Assembly (NCBI RefSeq): GCF_009914755.1
Contig: NC_060938.1
Length of the DNA: 64,000 nt
Origin: the human T2T-CHM13v2.0 reference genome, Homo sapiens
Reading direction: 5' to 3' (one strand)
The translations under genes and the position numbers were made by a program. Every line of letters begins with the position of its first letter. Position 1 is the stretch's first letter. Below, piece after piece: positions 24,272 through 42,900 of this stretch. The notes under the pieces were generated by a model that had not been told where the DNA came from, ran no database searches, and worked only from the letters and a program-made list of their open reading frames with translations.

Positions 24272-27200
24272 TCAAAAAAAAAATTAAATATGATATATAT
24301 TATATGTTATGTCATATGCTTTATATGTAATATGTAACCTCATATATATTATATGTCATAATATATAATATTTATCCTATGTCATATTATATATATGGTA
24401 TATATTACATAATATATATAATATGTAAAACATATTATACATCTTATATATGAAAACATATAATTATACGTAACATAACATATAGTTCTATATACTATGA
24501 TATATAACGTATATAGTATATCAAATATGATATATAATATATACATTTTTATTACATATTATAATTTATATATATTATATTGTATATAAGGATATAATTA
24601 TTTATATAATATAAATAATTATATATGATTATATAATTATGTATAATATAAATAATAATATATGTAAATACATGTTTATATAGTTATATGTATAAAAATA
24701 TAATTATATATATAATTATATATATCATATAATAGACAGCATACCTATTATATAATATATGATTTATATTATACAATATAGGATACATAATATATATGAT
24801 AGTTAATATATCATAAAATAATATATATTTTAATATTATGTATGTAACATATATTACGTGATATATAATATATATTATGAAATATAAAATAATGTAATAT
24901 AATATATATTATATTATGATATATTATGTAAAGTATATAATAAAAGTATATATAATATTATATATAGGTATATACATTATATTATACATGTACATATAAT
25001 ATTATACACTTATATATAATTTTAAATAGTTATATGTAATTATAATATTAAACCTATATAATATATATCATAAAATATATATTGTATACCATATATATTA
25101 TGTATCATATATTGTATGTTATATAGCATATATTGTATATCATATATCACATATTCTATGTTATATATAACACATTCCACATATTGTATATTATAAATTA
25201 TATATAATATACGACATACATTATATTATATATGATAAATTATACATTATACGCAACATAGTATATATTATATGTAACATGTATATTCCATGTAAAATAT
25301 ATAATATATAACCTATATTACATATAATTAATAACATAGACATATAATATATATTTAATATAGGTATTATACATACAATGTATTATATATAATATATAAC
25401 ATATATTATATATATGTCATAAAATAGAATATATATTATATGTCATATCTTATATATACAATTATATATTATTATATGTTATTTTATAGAATATATAACA
25501 TAGATATAATATATATATTATCTGTAATGTATATAATATATAACATAGATATTATATATAATATATATAATGAATATTATATATTTAATACTTATATTAA
25601 CCATATAATATATTCTATATATAATATATATTATATATGTCATAAAATATAATATATATTATATGTCATACTGTAAAAATATAATATATATTATCAATTA
25701 TTATATTACATATAATATATGTAGTATAAGATGCAGGATGTAAAACAATATTACATATATGTTATATATATTATATATATGATACTATATATTATTATAT
25801 ACATAATGTATATATATATATATTTGTGTGTGTCCTGTTTCCCATCTCATAACTTGTTTTAAGAAGCGCAGCATAATAATGTGTGGGCTTGGGATTCAGT
25901 TTTTGAAACAAAACACTAAGCCTTCAATGAACTTTCGGTCTATGTAAAGGCACTCCTGTCTTCCTGGCCGCAGTTGGACCTCACAATGTGGATTGTGCCC
26001 TCACCCTGCAATGTTTAGGCCCTATCGCCATGGTGACGGGATTAGGGATCTCCTGCTCTTGGTCCTAAGGGCCACTGTCTGTGCTGTGTTTTTCAAAGGT
26101 CAGAACAGAGTGAACCTTTGTGGTTTTATTTTCCCTGAGTTTGATTTTTCTCATGGGGAACCTGTGTTGCTGCTTTGAAGGTGTATTCGTACTGGCCTTT
26201 CAAATGCCAACTCTTCAAATTACTCGTTAATGCTTTCAAAATATGTTATTTAAAAAATTATCCTGTGTATTTTCCATATGCAGATATAAATATGTTTCAT
26301 GGTTATGTTTTATTCCTCAGTTTATATATTTGATTATTGTACCAAGCAGAGTACCTTTGAAATTTTTTTTCATTTAAAAAATATGTATCTTGGCTCAGGC
26401 CTGTAATCCCAGCAAATTTGGAGGCCAAGGCAAGGGGATCACAAGGCGAAGAGATCAAGACCATCCTGGCCAACACAGTGAAATGCTGTCACTAATAAAA
26501 ATCCAAAAAATTAGCTAGGCATGGTGGCAGCTGGTGTAGTCCCAGTGTGGTGTAGTCCCAGCTACCTGGGAGGCTGAGGGAGGACAATCGTTTGGACCCG
26601 TGAGGCAGATGTTGCAGTGAGCAAAGATGGCGCCATTGTACTCCACCACGTGCAACAGGACAAGATATTGTCTAAAAAAAAATTATATATGACATATATT
26701 ATATGTTATGTCTTATGCATTATATGTAACATATAACCTCATATATATTATATGTCATAATATATAATATTTATCCTATGTCATATTATATATATTGTAT
26801 ATATTACATAACATATATAATATGTAAAACATATTATTCATCTTATATATGAAAATATATAATTATACGTAACATAACATATAGTTATATATACTATGAT
26901 ATATAACATATATAGTATATCATATATGACATATAATATATACCTTTTTATTACATATTATAGTTTATATATATTATAATGTATGTAAGGATATAATTAT
27001 TTATGTAATATAAAGAATTATATATGATTATATAATTATATATAATATAAATAATAATATATATAATTACATGTTTATGTAGTTATATGTATAATAATAT
27101 AATTATATATATAATTATATATATCATATAACAGACAGCATACATATTATATAATATATGATATATATTATACAATATAGGATACATAATATATATGATA

Positions 27201-30200
27201 GTTAATATATCATAGTATAGTATATATTTAATATTATGTATGTAACATGTATTATGTGATATATAATATATATTATGAAATATAAAATAATGTAATATAA
27301 TATATATTATATCATGATATATTATGTAAAGTATGTAATAAAAGTATATATAATATAATATATAGTTATATACATTATATTATACATGTACATATAATAT
27401 TATACACTTATATATAATTTTAAATAGTTATATATAATTATAATATAAAACGTATATAATATATATCATAAAATATATATTGTATACCATATATATTATG
27501 TATCATATATTTTATGTTATATAGCATATATTGTATATCATATGTCACATATTCTATGTTATATATAACACATTCCACATATTGTATATTACAAATTATA
27601 TATAATATATGACATACATTATATTATATATGATAAATTATATATTATACGCAACATAGTATATATTATATGTAACATGTATATTCCATGTAAAATGTAT
27701 AATATATAACCTATATTACATATAATTAATAACATAGACCTATAATATATATTTAATATAGGTATTATACCTACAATGTATTATATATAATATATAACAT
27801 ATATTATATATATGTCATAAAATAGAATATATATTATATGTCATATTTTATATATACAATTATATATTATTATATGTTATTTTATGGTATATATAACATA
27901 GATATAATATATATATTATCTGTAATGTATATAATATATAACATAGATATAATATATATAATATATATAATGAATATTATATATTTAATACGTATATTAA
28001 CCATATAATACATTCTATATATAATATATATTATATATGTCATAAAATATAATATATATTATATGTCATACTGTATAAATATAATATATATTATCAATTA
28101 ATATATTACATATAATATACGTAGTATAAGATGCAGGATGTAAAACAATATTATATATATGTTATATATATTATATATATGATACTATATATTATTATAT
28201 ACATAATGTATACATATATATATTTGTGTGTGTCCTCTTTCCCATCTCATAACTTGTTTTAAGAAGCACAGCATAATAATGTGTGTGCTTGGGATTCAGT
28301 TTTTGAAACAAAACACTAAGCCTTCAATGAACTTTCGGTCTATGTAAAGGCACTCCTGTCTTCCTGGCCGCAGTTGGACCTCACAATGTGGATTGTGCCC
28401 TCACCCTGCAATGTTTATGCCCTATCGCCATGGTGACGGGATTAGGGATCTCCTGCTCTTGGTCCTAAGGGCCACTGTCTGTGCTGTGTTTTTCAAAGGT
28501 CAGAACAGAGTGAACCTTTGTGGTTTTATTTTCCCTGAGTTTGATTTTTCTCATGGGGAACCTGTGTTGCTGCTTTGAAGGTGTATTCGTACTGGCCTTT
28601 CAAATGCCAACTCTTCAAATTACTCGTTAATGCTTTCAAAACATGTTATTTAAAAAATTATCCTGTGTATTTTCCATATGCAGATATAAATATGTTTCAT
28701 GGTTATGTTTTATTCCTCAGTTTATATATTTGATTATTGTACCAAGCAGAGTACCTTTGAAATTTTTTTTCATTAAAAAAATATGTATCTTGGCTCAGGC
28801 CTGTAATCCCAGCAAATTTGCAGGCCAAGGCAAGGGGATCACAAGGTGAAGAGATCAAGACCATCCTGGCCAACACAGTGAAACGCTGTCACTACTAAAA
28901 ATCCAAAAAATTAGCTAGGCATGGTGGCAGCTGGTGTAGTCCCAGTGTGGTGTCGTCCCAGCTACCTGGGAGGCTGAGGGAGGACAATCGCTTGGACCCG
29001 TGAGGCAGATGTTGCAGTGAGCAAAGATGGCGCCATTGTACTCCACCCCGTGCAACAGGACAAGACAGACACTGTCTAAAAAAAAATTATATATGATATA
29101 TATTACATGTTATGTCTTATGCTTTATAGGTAATATATAACCTCATATATATTATATGTCATAATATATAATATTTATCCTATGTCATATTATATATACA
29201 GTGTATATTACATAACATATATAATATGTAAAACATATTATACATCTTATATATGAACATATATAATTATACGTAACATAACATATAGTTATATATACTA
29301 TGATATATAACATATATAGTATATCATATATGATATATGATATATACATTTTTATTACATATTATAATTTATATATATTATAATGTATTTAAGGATATAA
29401 TTATTTATGTAATATAAATAATTATATATGATTATATAATTATATATAATATAAATAATAATATATATAATTACATGTTTATATAGTGATATGTATAATA
29501 ATATAATTATATATATAATTATATAAATCATATAACAGACAGCATACATATTATATAATATATGATATATATTATACAATATAGGATACATAATATATAT
29601 GATAGTTAATATATCATAGTATAATATATATTTAATATTATGTATGTAACATGTATTATGTGATATATAATATATATTATGAAATATAAAATAATGTAAT
29701 ATAATATATATTATATCATGATATATTATGTAAAGTATGTAATAAAAGTATATATAATATAATATATAGTTATATACATTATATTATACATGTACATATA
29801 ATATTATACACTTATATATAATTTTAAATAGTTATATATAATTATAATATAAAACGTATATAATATATATCATAAAATATATATTGTATACCATATATAT
29901 TATGTATCATATATTTTATGTTATATAGCATATATTGTATATCATATGTCACATATTCTATGTTATATATAACACATTCCACATATTGTATATTACAAAT
30001 TATATATAATATATGACATACATTATATTATATATGATAAATTATATATTATACGCAACATAGTATATATTATATATAACATGTATATTCTATGTAAAAT
30101 GTATAATATATAACCTATATTACATATAATTAATAACATAGACATATAATATATATTTAATATAGGTATTATACCTACAATGTATTATATATAATATATA

Positions 30201-33200
30201 ACATATATTATATATATGTCATAAAATAGAATATATATTATATGTCATATTTTATATATACAATTATATATTATTATATGTTATTTTATGGTATATATAA
30301 CATAGATATTATATATATTATCTGTAATGTATATAATATATAACATAGATATAATATATATAATATATATAATGAATATTATATATTTAATACGTCTATT
30401 AACCATATAATATATTCTATATATAATATATATTATATATGTCATAAAATATAATATATATTATATGTCATACTGTATAAATATAATATATATTATCAAT
30501 TAATATATTACATATAATATACGTAGTATAAGATGCAGGATGTAAAACAATATTATATATATGTTATATATATTATATATATGATACTATATATTATTAT
30601 ATACATAATGTCAATATATACATATATTTGTGTGTGCCCTCTTTCCCATCTCATAACTTGTTTTAAGAAGCACAGCATAATAATGTGTGGGCTTGGGATT
30701 CAGTTTTTGAAACAAAACACTAAGCCTTCAATGAACTTTCGGTCTATGTAAAGGCACTCCTGTCTTCCTGGCCGCAGTTGGACCTCACAATGTGGATTGT
30801 GCCCTCACCCTGCAATGTTTATGCCCTATCGCCATGGTGACGGGATTAGGGATCTCCTGCTCTTGGTCCTAAGGGCCACTGTCTGTGCTGTGTTTTTCAA
30901 AGGTCAGAACAGAGTGAACCTTTGTGGTTTTATTTTCCCTGAGTTTGATTTTTCTCATGGGGAACCTGTGTTGCTGCTTTGAAGGTGTATTCGTACTGGC
31001 CTTTCAAATGCCAACTCTTCAAATTACTCGTTAATGCTTTCAAAACATGTTATTTAAAAAATTATCCTGTGTATTTTCCATATGCAGATATAAATATGTT
31101 TCATGGTTATGTTTTATTCCTCAGTTTATATATTTGATTATTGTACCAAGCAGAGTACCTTTGAAATTTTTTTTCATTAAAAAAATATGTATCTTGGCTC
31201 AGGCCTGTAATCCCAGCAAATTTGCAGGCCAAGGCAAGGGGATCACAAGGTGAAGAGATCAAGACCATCCTGGCCAACACAGTGAAACGCTGTCACTACT
31301 AAAAATCCAAAAAATTAGCTAGCCATGGTGGCAGCTGGTGTAGTCCCAGTGTGGTGTAGTCCCAGCTACCTGGGATGCTGAGGGAGGACAATCGCTTGGA
31401 CCCGTGAGGCAGATGTTGCAGTGAGCAAAGATGGCGCCATTGTACTCCACCCCGTGCAACAGGACAAGACACTGTCTAAAAAAAAATTATATATGATATA
31501 TATTACATGTTATGTCTTATGCTTTATAGGTAATATATAACCTCATATATATTATATGTCATAATATATAATATTTATCCTATGTCATATTATATATACA
31601 GTGTATATTACATAACATATATAATATGTAAATCTTATACATCTTATATATGAAAATATATAATTATACGTAACATAACTTATAGTTATATATACTATGA
31701 TATATAACATATATAGTATATCATATATGATATATAATATATACATTTTTATTACATATTATAATTTATATATATTATAATGTATGTAAGGATATAATTA
31801 TTTATGTAATATAAAGAATTATATATGATTATATAATTATATATAATATAAATAATAATATATAATTACATGTTTATATAGTTATATGTATAATAATATA
31901 ATTATATATATAATTATATATATCATATAACAGACAACATACATATTATATAATATATGATATATATTATACAATATAGGATACATAATATATATGATAC
32001 GTAATATATCATAGTATAATATATATTTAATATTATGTATGTAACATATATTATGTGATATATAATATATATTATGAAATATAAAATAATGTAATATAAT
32101 ATATATTATATCATGATATATTATGTAAAGTATGTAATAAAAGTATATATAATATAATATATAGTTATATACATTATATTATACATGTACATATAATATT
32201 ATACACTTATATATAATTTTAAATAGTTATATATAATTATAATATAAAACGTATATAATATATATCATAAAATATATATTGTATACCATATATATTATGT
32301 GTCATATATTTTATGTTATATAGCATATATTGTATATCATATATCACATATTCTATGTTATATATAACACATTCCACATATTGTATATTACAAATTATAC
32401 ATAATATATGACATACATTATATTGTATATGATAAATTATACATTATACGCAACATCGTATATATTATATTTAACATGTATATTCCATGTAAAATATATA
32501 ATATATAACCTATATTACATATAATTAATAACATAGACATATAATATATATTTAATATAGGTACTATACCTACAATGTATTATATATAATATATAACATA
32601 TATTATATATATGTCATAAAATAGAATATATATTATATGTCATATTTTATATATACAATTATATATTATTATATGTTATTTTATAGTATATATAACATAG
32701 ATATAATATATATATTATCTGTAATGTATATAATATATAACATAGATATAATATATATATTATCTGTAATGTATATAATATATAACATAGATATAATATA
32801 TATAATATATATAATGAATATTATATATTTAATACGTATATTAACCATATAATATATTCTATATATATTATATATTATATATGTCATAAAATATAATATA
32901 TATTATATGTCATACTGTATAAATATAATATATATTATCAATTAATATATTACATATTATATACGTAGTATAAGATGCAGGATGTAAAACAATATTATAT
33001 ATATGTTATATATATTGTATATATGATACTATATATTATTATATACATAATGTATATATATATATATTTGTGTGTGCCCTCTTTCCCATCTCATAACTTG
33101 TTTTAAGAAGCACAGCATAATAATGTGTGGGCTTGGGATTCAGTTTTTGAAACAAAACACTAAGCCTTCAATGAACTTTCGGTCTATGTAAAGGCACTCC

Positions 33201-33759
33201 TGTCTTCCTGGCCGCAGTTGGACCTCACAATGTGGATTGTGCCCTCACCCTGCAATGTTTATGCCCTATCGCCATGGTGACGGGATTAGGGATCTCCTGC
33301 TCTTGGTCCTAAGGGCCACTGTCTGTGCTGTGTTTTTCAAAGGTCAGAACAGAGTGAACCTTTGTGGTTTTATTTTCCCTGAGTTTGATTTTTCTCATGG
33401 GGAACCTGTGTTGCTGCTTTGAAGGTGTATTCGTACTGGCCTTTCAAATGCCAACTCTTCAAATTACTCGTTAATGCTTTCAAAACATGTTATTTAAAAA
33501 AATTATCCTGTGTATTTTCCATATGCAGATATAAATATGTTTCATGGTTATGTTTTATTCCTCAGTTTATATATTTGATTATTGTACCAAGCAGAGTACC
33601 TTTGAAATTTTTTTTCAAAAAAATATGTATCTTGGCTCAGGCCTGTAATCGCAGCAAGTTTGCAGGCCAAGGCAAGGGGATCACAAGGTGAAGAGATCAA
33701 GACCATCCTGGCCAACAAAGTGAAACGCTGTCACTACTAAAAATCCAAAAAATTAGCTA

Positions 33760-33951
<192 letters not shown>

Positions 33952-36900
33952 TTATGTCTTATGCTTTATAGGTAATATATAACCTCATATATATTATATG
34001 TCATAATATATAATATTTATCCTATGTCATATTATATATACAGTGTATATTACATAACATATATAATATGTAAAACATATTATACATCTTATATATGAAA
34101 ATATATAATTATACGTAACATAACATATAGTTATATATACTATGATATATAACATATATAGTATATCATATATGATATATAATATATACATTTTTATTAC
34201 ATATTATAATTCATATATATTATAATGTATATAAGGATATAATTATTTATGTAATATAAAGAATTATATATGATTATATAATTACATATAATATAAATAA
34301 TAATATATATAATTACATGCTTATATAGTTATATGTATAATAATATAATTATATATATAATTATATATATCATATAACAGACAGCATACATATTATATAA
34401 TATATGATATATATTATACCATATAGGATACATAATATATATGATACTTAATATATCATAGTATAATATATATTTAATATTATGTATGTAACATATATTA
34501 TGTGATATATAATATATATTATGAAATATAAAATAATGTAATATAATATATATTATATCATGATATATTATGTAAAGTATGTAATAAAAGTATATATAAT
34601 ATAATATATAGTTATATACATTATATTATACATGTACATATAATATTATACACTTATATATAATTTTAAATAGTTATATATAATTATAATATAAAACGTA
34701 TATAATATATATCATAAAATATATATTGTATACAATATATATTATGTATCATGTATTCTATGTTCTATAGCATATATTATATATCATATATCACATATTC
34801 TACGTTATATATAACACATTCCACATATTGTATATTATAAATTATATATAATATGTGACATACATTATATTATATATGATAAATTATACATTATACGCAA
34901 CATAGTATATATTATACATAACATGTATATTAGATGTAAAATATATATTATATAACCTATATTACATATAATTAATTACATAGACATATAATATATATTT
35001 AATATAGGTACAATACCTACAATGTATTATATATAATATATAACATATATTATATATATGTCATAAAATAGAATATATATTATATGTCATATTTTATATA
35101 TACAATTATATGTTATTATATGTTATTTTATAGTATATATAACATAGATATAATATATATATTATCTGTAATGCATATAATATATAACATAGATATAATA
35201 TATATAATATATATAATGAATATTATATATTTAATACGTATATTAACCATATAATATATTCTATATATAATATATGTTATATATGTCATAAAATATAATA
35301 TATATTATATGTCATACTGTATAAATAATATATATATTATCAATTAATATATTACATATTATATACGTAGTATAAGATGCAGGATGTAAAACAATATTAT
35401 ATATATGTTATATATATTATATATATGATACTATATATTATTATATACATAATGTATATATATATATATTTGTGTGTGCCCTCTTTCCCATCTCATAACT
35501 TGTTTTAAGAAGCACAGCATAATAATGTGTGGGCTTGGGATTCAGTTTTTGAAACAAAACACTAAGCCTTCAATGAACTTTCGGTCTATGTAAAGGCACT
35601 CCTGTCTTCCTGGCCGCAGTTGGACCTCACAATGTGGATTGTGGCCTCACCCTGCAATGTTTATGCCCTATCGCCATGGTGACGGGATTAGGGATCTCCT
35701 GCTCTTGGTCCTAAGGGCCACTGTCTGTGCTGTGTTTTTCAAAGGTCAGAACAGAGTGAACCTTTGTGGTTTTATTTTCCCTGAGTTTGATTTTTCTCAT
35801 GGGGAACCTGTGTTGCTGCTTTGAAGGTGTATTCGTACTGGCCTTTCAAATGCCAACTCTTCAAATTACTCGTTAATGCTTTCAAAACATGTTATTTAAA
35901 AAATTATCCTGTGTATTTTCCATATGCAGATATAAATATGTTTCATGGTTATGTTTTATTCCTCAGTTTATATATTTGATTATTGTACCAAGCAGAGTAC
36001 CTTTGAAATTTTTTTTCATTAAAAAAATATGTATCTTGGCTCAGGCCTGTAATCCCAGCAAATTTGCAGGCCAAGGCAAGGGGATCACAAGGTGAAGAGA
36101 TCAAGACCATCCTGGCCAACACAGTGAAACGCTGTCACTACTAAAAATCCAAAAAATTAGCTAGGCATGGTGGCAGCTGGTGTAGTCCCAGTGTGGTGTA
36201 GTCCCAGCTACCTGGGAGGCTGAGGGAGGACAATCGCTTGGACCCGTGAGGCAGATGTTACAGTGAGCAAAGATGGCGCCATTGTACTCCACCCCGTGCA
36301 ACAGGACAAGACAGACAGTGTCTAAAAAAAAATTATATATGATATATATTACATGTTATGTCTTATGCTTTATAGGTAATATATAACGTCATATATATTA
36401 TATGTCATAATATATAATATTTATCCTACGTCATATTATATATACAGTGTATATTACATAACATATATAATATGTAAAACATATTATACATCTTATATAT
36501 GAAAATATATAATTATACGTAACATAACATATAGTTATATATATTATGATATATAACATATATAGTATATCATATATGATATATAATATATACATTTTTA
36601 TTACATATTATAATTTATATATATTATAATGTATGTAAGGATATAATTATTTATGTAATATAAAGAATTATATATGATTATATAATTATATATAATATAA
36701 ATAATAATATATATAATTACATGTTTATATAGTTATATGTATAATAATATAATTATATATAATTATATATATCATATAACAGACAGCATACATATTATAT
36801 AATATATGATATATATTATACAATATAGGATACATAATATATATGATACTTAATATATCATAGTATAATATATATTTAATATTATGTATGTAACATATAT

Positions 36901-39900
36901 TATGTGATATATAATATATATTATGAAATATAAAATAATGTAATATAATATATATTATATCATGATATATTATGTAAAGTATGTAATAAAAGTATATATA
37001 ATATAATATATAGTTATATACATTATATTATACATGTACATATAATATTATACACTTATATATAATTTTAAATAGTTATATATAATTATAATATAAAACG
37101 TATATAATATATATCATAAATTATATATTGTATACCATATATATTATGTATCATATATTTTATGTTATATAGCATATATTGTATATCATATATCACATAT
37201 TCTTTGTTATGTATAACACATTCCACATATTGTATATTATAAATTATATATAATATATGACATACATTATATTATATATGATAAATTATACATTATACGC
37301 AACATAGTATATATTATACGTAACATGTATATTAGAGGTAAAATATATATTATATAACCTATATTACATATAATTAGTTACATAGACATATAATATATAT
37401 TTAATATAGGTACTATACCTACAATGTATTATGTATAATATATAACATATATTATATATATGTCATAAAATAGAATATATATTATATGTCATATTTTATA
37501 TATACAATTATATATTATTATATGTTATTTTATAGTATATATAACATAGATATAATATATATTATCTGTAATGTATATAATATATAACATAGATATAATA
37601 TATATAATATATATAATGAATATTATATATTTAATACGTATATTAACCATATAATATATTCTATATATAATATATATTATATATGTCATAAAATATAATC
37701 TATATTATATGTCATACTGTATAAATATAATATATATTATCAATTAATATATTACATATTATATACGTAGTATAAGATGCAGGATGTAAAACAATATTAT
37801 ATATATGTTATATATATTATATATATGATACTATATATTATTATATACACAACATATATATATATATATTTGTGTGTGCCCTCTTTCCCATCTCATAACT
37901 TGTTTTAAGAAGCACAGCATAATAATGTGTGGGCTTGGGATTCAGTTTTTGAAACAAAACACTAAGCCTTCAATGAACTTTCGGTCTATGTAAAGGCACT
38001 GCTGTCTTCCTGGCCGCAGTTGGACCTCACAATGTGGATTGTGCCCTCACCCTGCAATGTTTATGCCCTATCGCCATGGTGACGGGATTAGGGATCTCCT
38101 GCTCTTGGTCCTAAGGGCCACTGTCTGTGCTGTGTTTTTCAAAGGTCAGAACAGAGTGAACCTTTGTGGTTTTATTTTCCCTGAGTTTGATTTTTCTCAT
38201 GGGGAACCTGTGTTGCTGCTTTGAAGGTGTATTCGTACTGGCCTTTCAAATGCCAACTCTTCAAATTACTCGTTAATGCTTTCAAAACATGTTATTTAAA
38301 AAATTATCCTGTGTATTTTCCATATGCAGATATAAATATGTTTCATGGTTATGTTTTATTCCTCAGTTTATATATTTGATTATTGTACCAAGCAGAGTAC
38401 CTTTGAAATTTTTTTTCATTAAAAAAATATGTATCTTGGCTCAGGCCTGTAATCCCAGCAAATTTGCAGGCCAAGGCAAGGGGATCACAAGGTGAAGAGA
38501 TCAAGACCATCCTGGCCAACACAGTGAAACGCTGTCACTACTAAAAATCCAAAAAATTAGCTAGGCATGGTGGCAGCTGGTGTAGTCCCAGTGTGGTGTA
38601 GTCCCAGCTACCTGGGAGGCTGAGGGAGGACAATCGCTTGGACCCGTGAGGCAGATGTTGCAGTGAGCAAAGATGGCGCCATTGTACTCCACCCCGTGCA
38701 ACAGGACAAGACAGACACTGTCTAAAAAAAAATTATATATGATATATATTACATGTTATGTCTTATGCTTTATAGGTAATATATAACCTCATATATATTA
38801 TATGTCATAATATATAATATTTATCCTATGTCATATTATATATACAGTGTATATTACATAACATATATAATATGTAAAACATATTTTACATCTTATATAT
38901 GAAAATATATAATTATACGTAACATAACATATAGTTATATATACTATGATATATAACATATATAGTATATCATATATGATATATGATATATACATTTTTA
39001 TTACATATTATAATTTATATATATTATAATGTATATAAGGATATAATTATTTATGTAATATAAAGAATTATATATGATTATATAATTATATATAATATAA
39101 ATAATAATATATATAATTACATGTTTATATAGTTATATGTATAATAATATAATTATATATATAATTATATATATCATATAACAGACAGCATACATATTAT
39201 ATAATATATGATATATATTATACAATATAGGATACATAATATATATGATACTTAATATATCATAGTATAATATATATTTAATATTATGTATGTAACATAT
39301 ATTATGTGATATATAATATATATTATGAAATATAAAATAATGTAATATAATATATATTATATCATGATATATTATGTAAAGTATGTAATAAAAGTATATA
39401 TAATATAATATATAGTTATATACATTATATTATACATGTACGTATAATACTATACACTTATATATAATTTTAAATAGTTATATATAATTATAATATAAAA
39501 CGTATATAATATATATCATAAAATATATATTGTATACCATATATATTATGTATCATATATTTTATGTTATATAGCATATATTGTATATCATATATCACAT
39601 ATTCTATGTTATATATAACACATTCCACATATTGTATATTACAAATTATATATAATATATGACATACATTATATTATATATGATAAATTATACGTTATAC
39701 GCAACATAGTATATATTATATGTAACATGTATATTCCATGTAAAATGTATAATATATAACCTATATTACATATAATTAATAACATAGACATATAATATAT
39801 ATTTAATATAGGTATTATACCTACAATGTATTATATATAATATATAACATATATTATATATATGTCATAAAATAGAATATATATTATATGTCATATTTTA

Positions 39901-42900
39901 TATATACAATTATGTATTATTATATGTTATTTCATAGTATATATAACATAGATATAATATATATATTATCTGTAATGTATATAATATATAACATAGATAT
40001 AATATATATAATATATGTAATGAATATTATATATTTAATACGTATATTAACCATATAATATATTCTATATATAATATATATTATATATGTCATAAAATAT
40101 AATCTATATTATATGTCATACTGTATAAATATAATATATATTATCAATTAATATATTACATATTATATACGTAGTATAAGATGCAGGATGTAAAACAATA
40201 TTATATATATGTTATATATATTATATATATGATACTATATATTATTATATACACAACGTATATATATATATATATTTGTGTGTGCCCTCTTTCCCATCTC
40301 ATAACTTGTTTTAAGAAGCACAGCATAATAATGTGTGGGCTTGGGATTCTGTTTTTGAAACAAAACACTAAGCCTTCAATGAGCTTTCGGTCTATGTAAA
40401 GGCACTCCTGTCTTCCTGGCCGCAGTTGGACCTCACAATGTGGATTGTGCCCTCACCCTGCAATGTTTATGCCCTATCGCCATGGTGACGGGATTAGGGA
40501 TCTCCTGCTCTTGGTCCTAAGGGCCACTGTCTGTGCTGTGTTTTTCAAAGGTCAGAACAGAGTGAACCTTTGTGGTTTTATTTTCCCTGAGTTTGATTTT
40601 TCTCATGGGGAACCTGTGTTGCTGCTTTGAAGGTGTATTCGTACTGGTCTTTCAAATGCCAACTCTTCAAATTACTCGTTAATGCTTTCAAAACATGTTA
40701 TTTAAAAAATTATCCTGTGTATTTTCCATATGCAGATATAAATATGTTTCATGGTTATGTTTTATTCCTCAGTTTATATATTTGATTATTGTACCAAGCA
40801 GAGTACCTTTGAAATTTTTTTTCATTAAAAAAATATGTATCTTGGCTCAGGCCTGTAATCCCAGCAAATTTGCAGGCCAAGGCAAGGGGATCACAAGGTG
40901 AAGAGATCAAGACCATCCTGGCCAACACAGTGAAACGCTGTCACTACTAAAAATCCAAAAAATTAGCTAGGCATGGTGGCAGCTGGTGTAGTCCCAGTGT
41001 GGTGTAGTCCCAGCTACCTGGGAGGCTGAGGGAGGACAATCGCTTGGACCCGTGAGGCAGATGTTGCAGTGAGCAAAGATGGCGCCATTGTACTCCACCC
41101 CGTGCAACAGGACAAGACAGACACTGTCTAAAAAAAAATTATATATAATATATATTACATGTTATGTCTTATGCTTTATAGGTAATATATAACCTCATAT
41201 ATATTATATGTCATAATATATAATATTTATCCTATGTCATATTATATATACAGTGTATATTACATAACATATATAATATGTAAAACATATTTTACATCTT
41301 ATATATGAAAATATATAATTATACGTAACATAACATATAGTTATATATACTATGATATATAACATATATAGTATATCATATATGATATATGATATATACA
41401 TTTTTATTACATATTATAATTTATATATATTATAATGTATGTAAGGATATAATTATTTATGTAATATAAAGAATTATATATGATTATATAATTATATATA
41501 ATATAAATAATAATATATATAATTACATGTTTATATAGTTATATGTATAATAATATAATTATATATATAATTATATATATCATATAACAGACAGCATACA
41601 TATTATATAATATATGATATATATTATACAATATAGGATACATAATATATATGATATTTAATATATCATAGTATAATATATATTTAATATTATGTATGTA
41701 ACATATATTATGTGATATATAATATATATTATGAAATATAAAATAATGTAATATAATATATATTATATCATGATATATTATGTAAAGTATGTAATAAAAG
41801 TATATATAATATACTATATAGTTATATACATTATATTATACATGTACGTATAATACTATACACTTATATATAATTTTAAATAGTTATATATAATTATAAT
41901 ATAAAACGTATATAATATATATCATAAAATATATATTGTATACCATATATATTATGTATCATATATTTTATGTTATATAGCATATATTGTATATCATATA
42001 TCACATATTCTATGTTATATATAACACATTCCACATATTGTATATTACAAATTATATATAATATATGACATACATTATATTATATATGATAAATTATACG
42101 TTATACGCAACATAGTATATATTATATGTAACATGTATATTCCATGTAAAATGTATAATATATAACCTATATTACATATAATTAATAACATAGACATATA
42201 ATATTTATTTAATATAGGTATTATACCTACAATGTATTATATATAATATATAACATATATTATATATTTGTCATTAAATAGAATATATATTATATGTCAT
42301 ATTTTATATATACAATTATACATTATTATATGTTATTTTATAGTATATATAACATAGATATAATATATATTATCTGTAATGTATATTATATATAACATAG
42401 ATATAATATATATAATATATATAATGAATATTATATATTTAATACGTATATTAACCATATAATATATTCTATATATAATATATATTATATATGTCATAAA
42501 ATATAATCTATATTATATGTCATACTGTATAAATATAATATATATTATCAATTAATATATTACATATTATATACGTAGTATAAGATGCAGGATGTAAAAC
42601 AATATTATATATATGTTATATATATTATATATGTGATACTATATATTATTATATACACAACGTATATATATATATATATTTGTGTGTGCCCTCTTTCCCA
42701 TCTCATAACTTGTTTTAAGAAGCACAGCATAATAATGTGTGTGCTTGGGATTCAGTTTTTGAAACAAAACACTAAGCCTTCAATGACCTTTCGGTCTATG
42801 TAAAGGCACTCCTGTCTTCCTGGCCGCAGTTGGACCTCACAATGTGGATTGTGCCCTCACCCTGCAATGTTTATGCCCTATCGCCATGGTGACGGGATTA

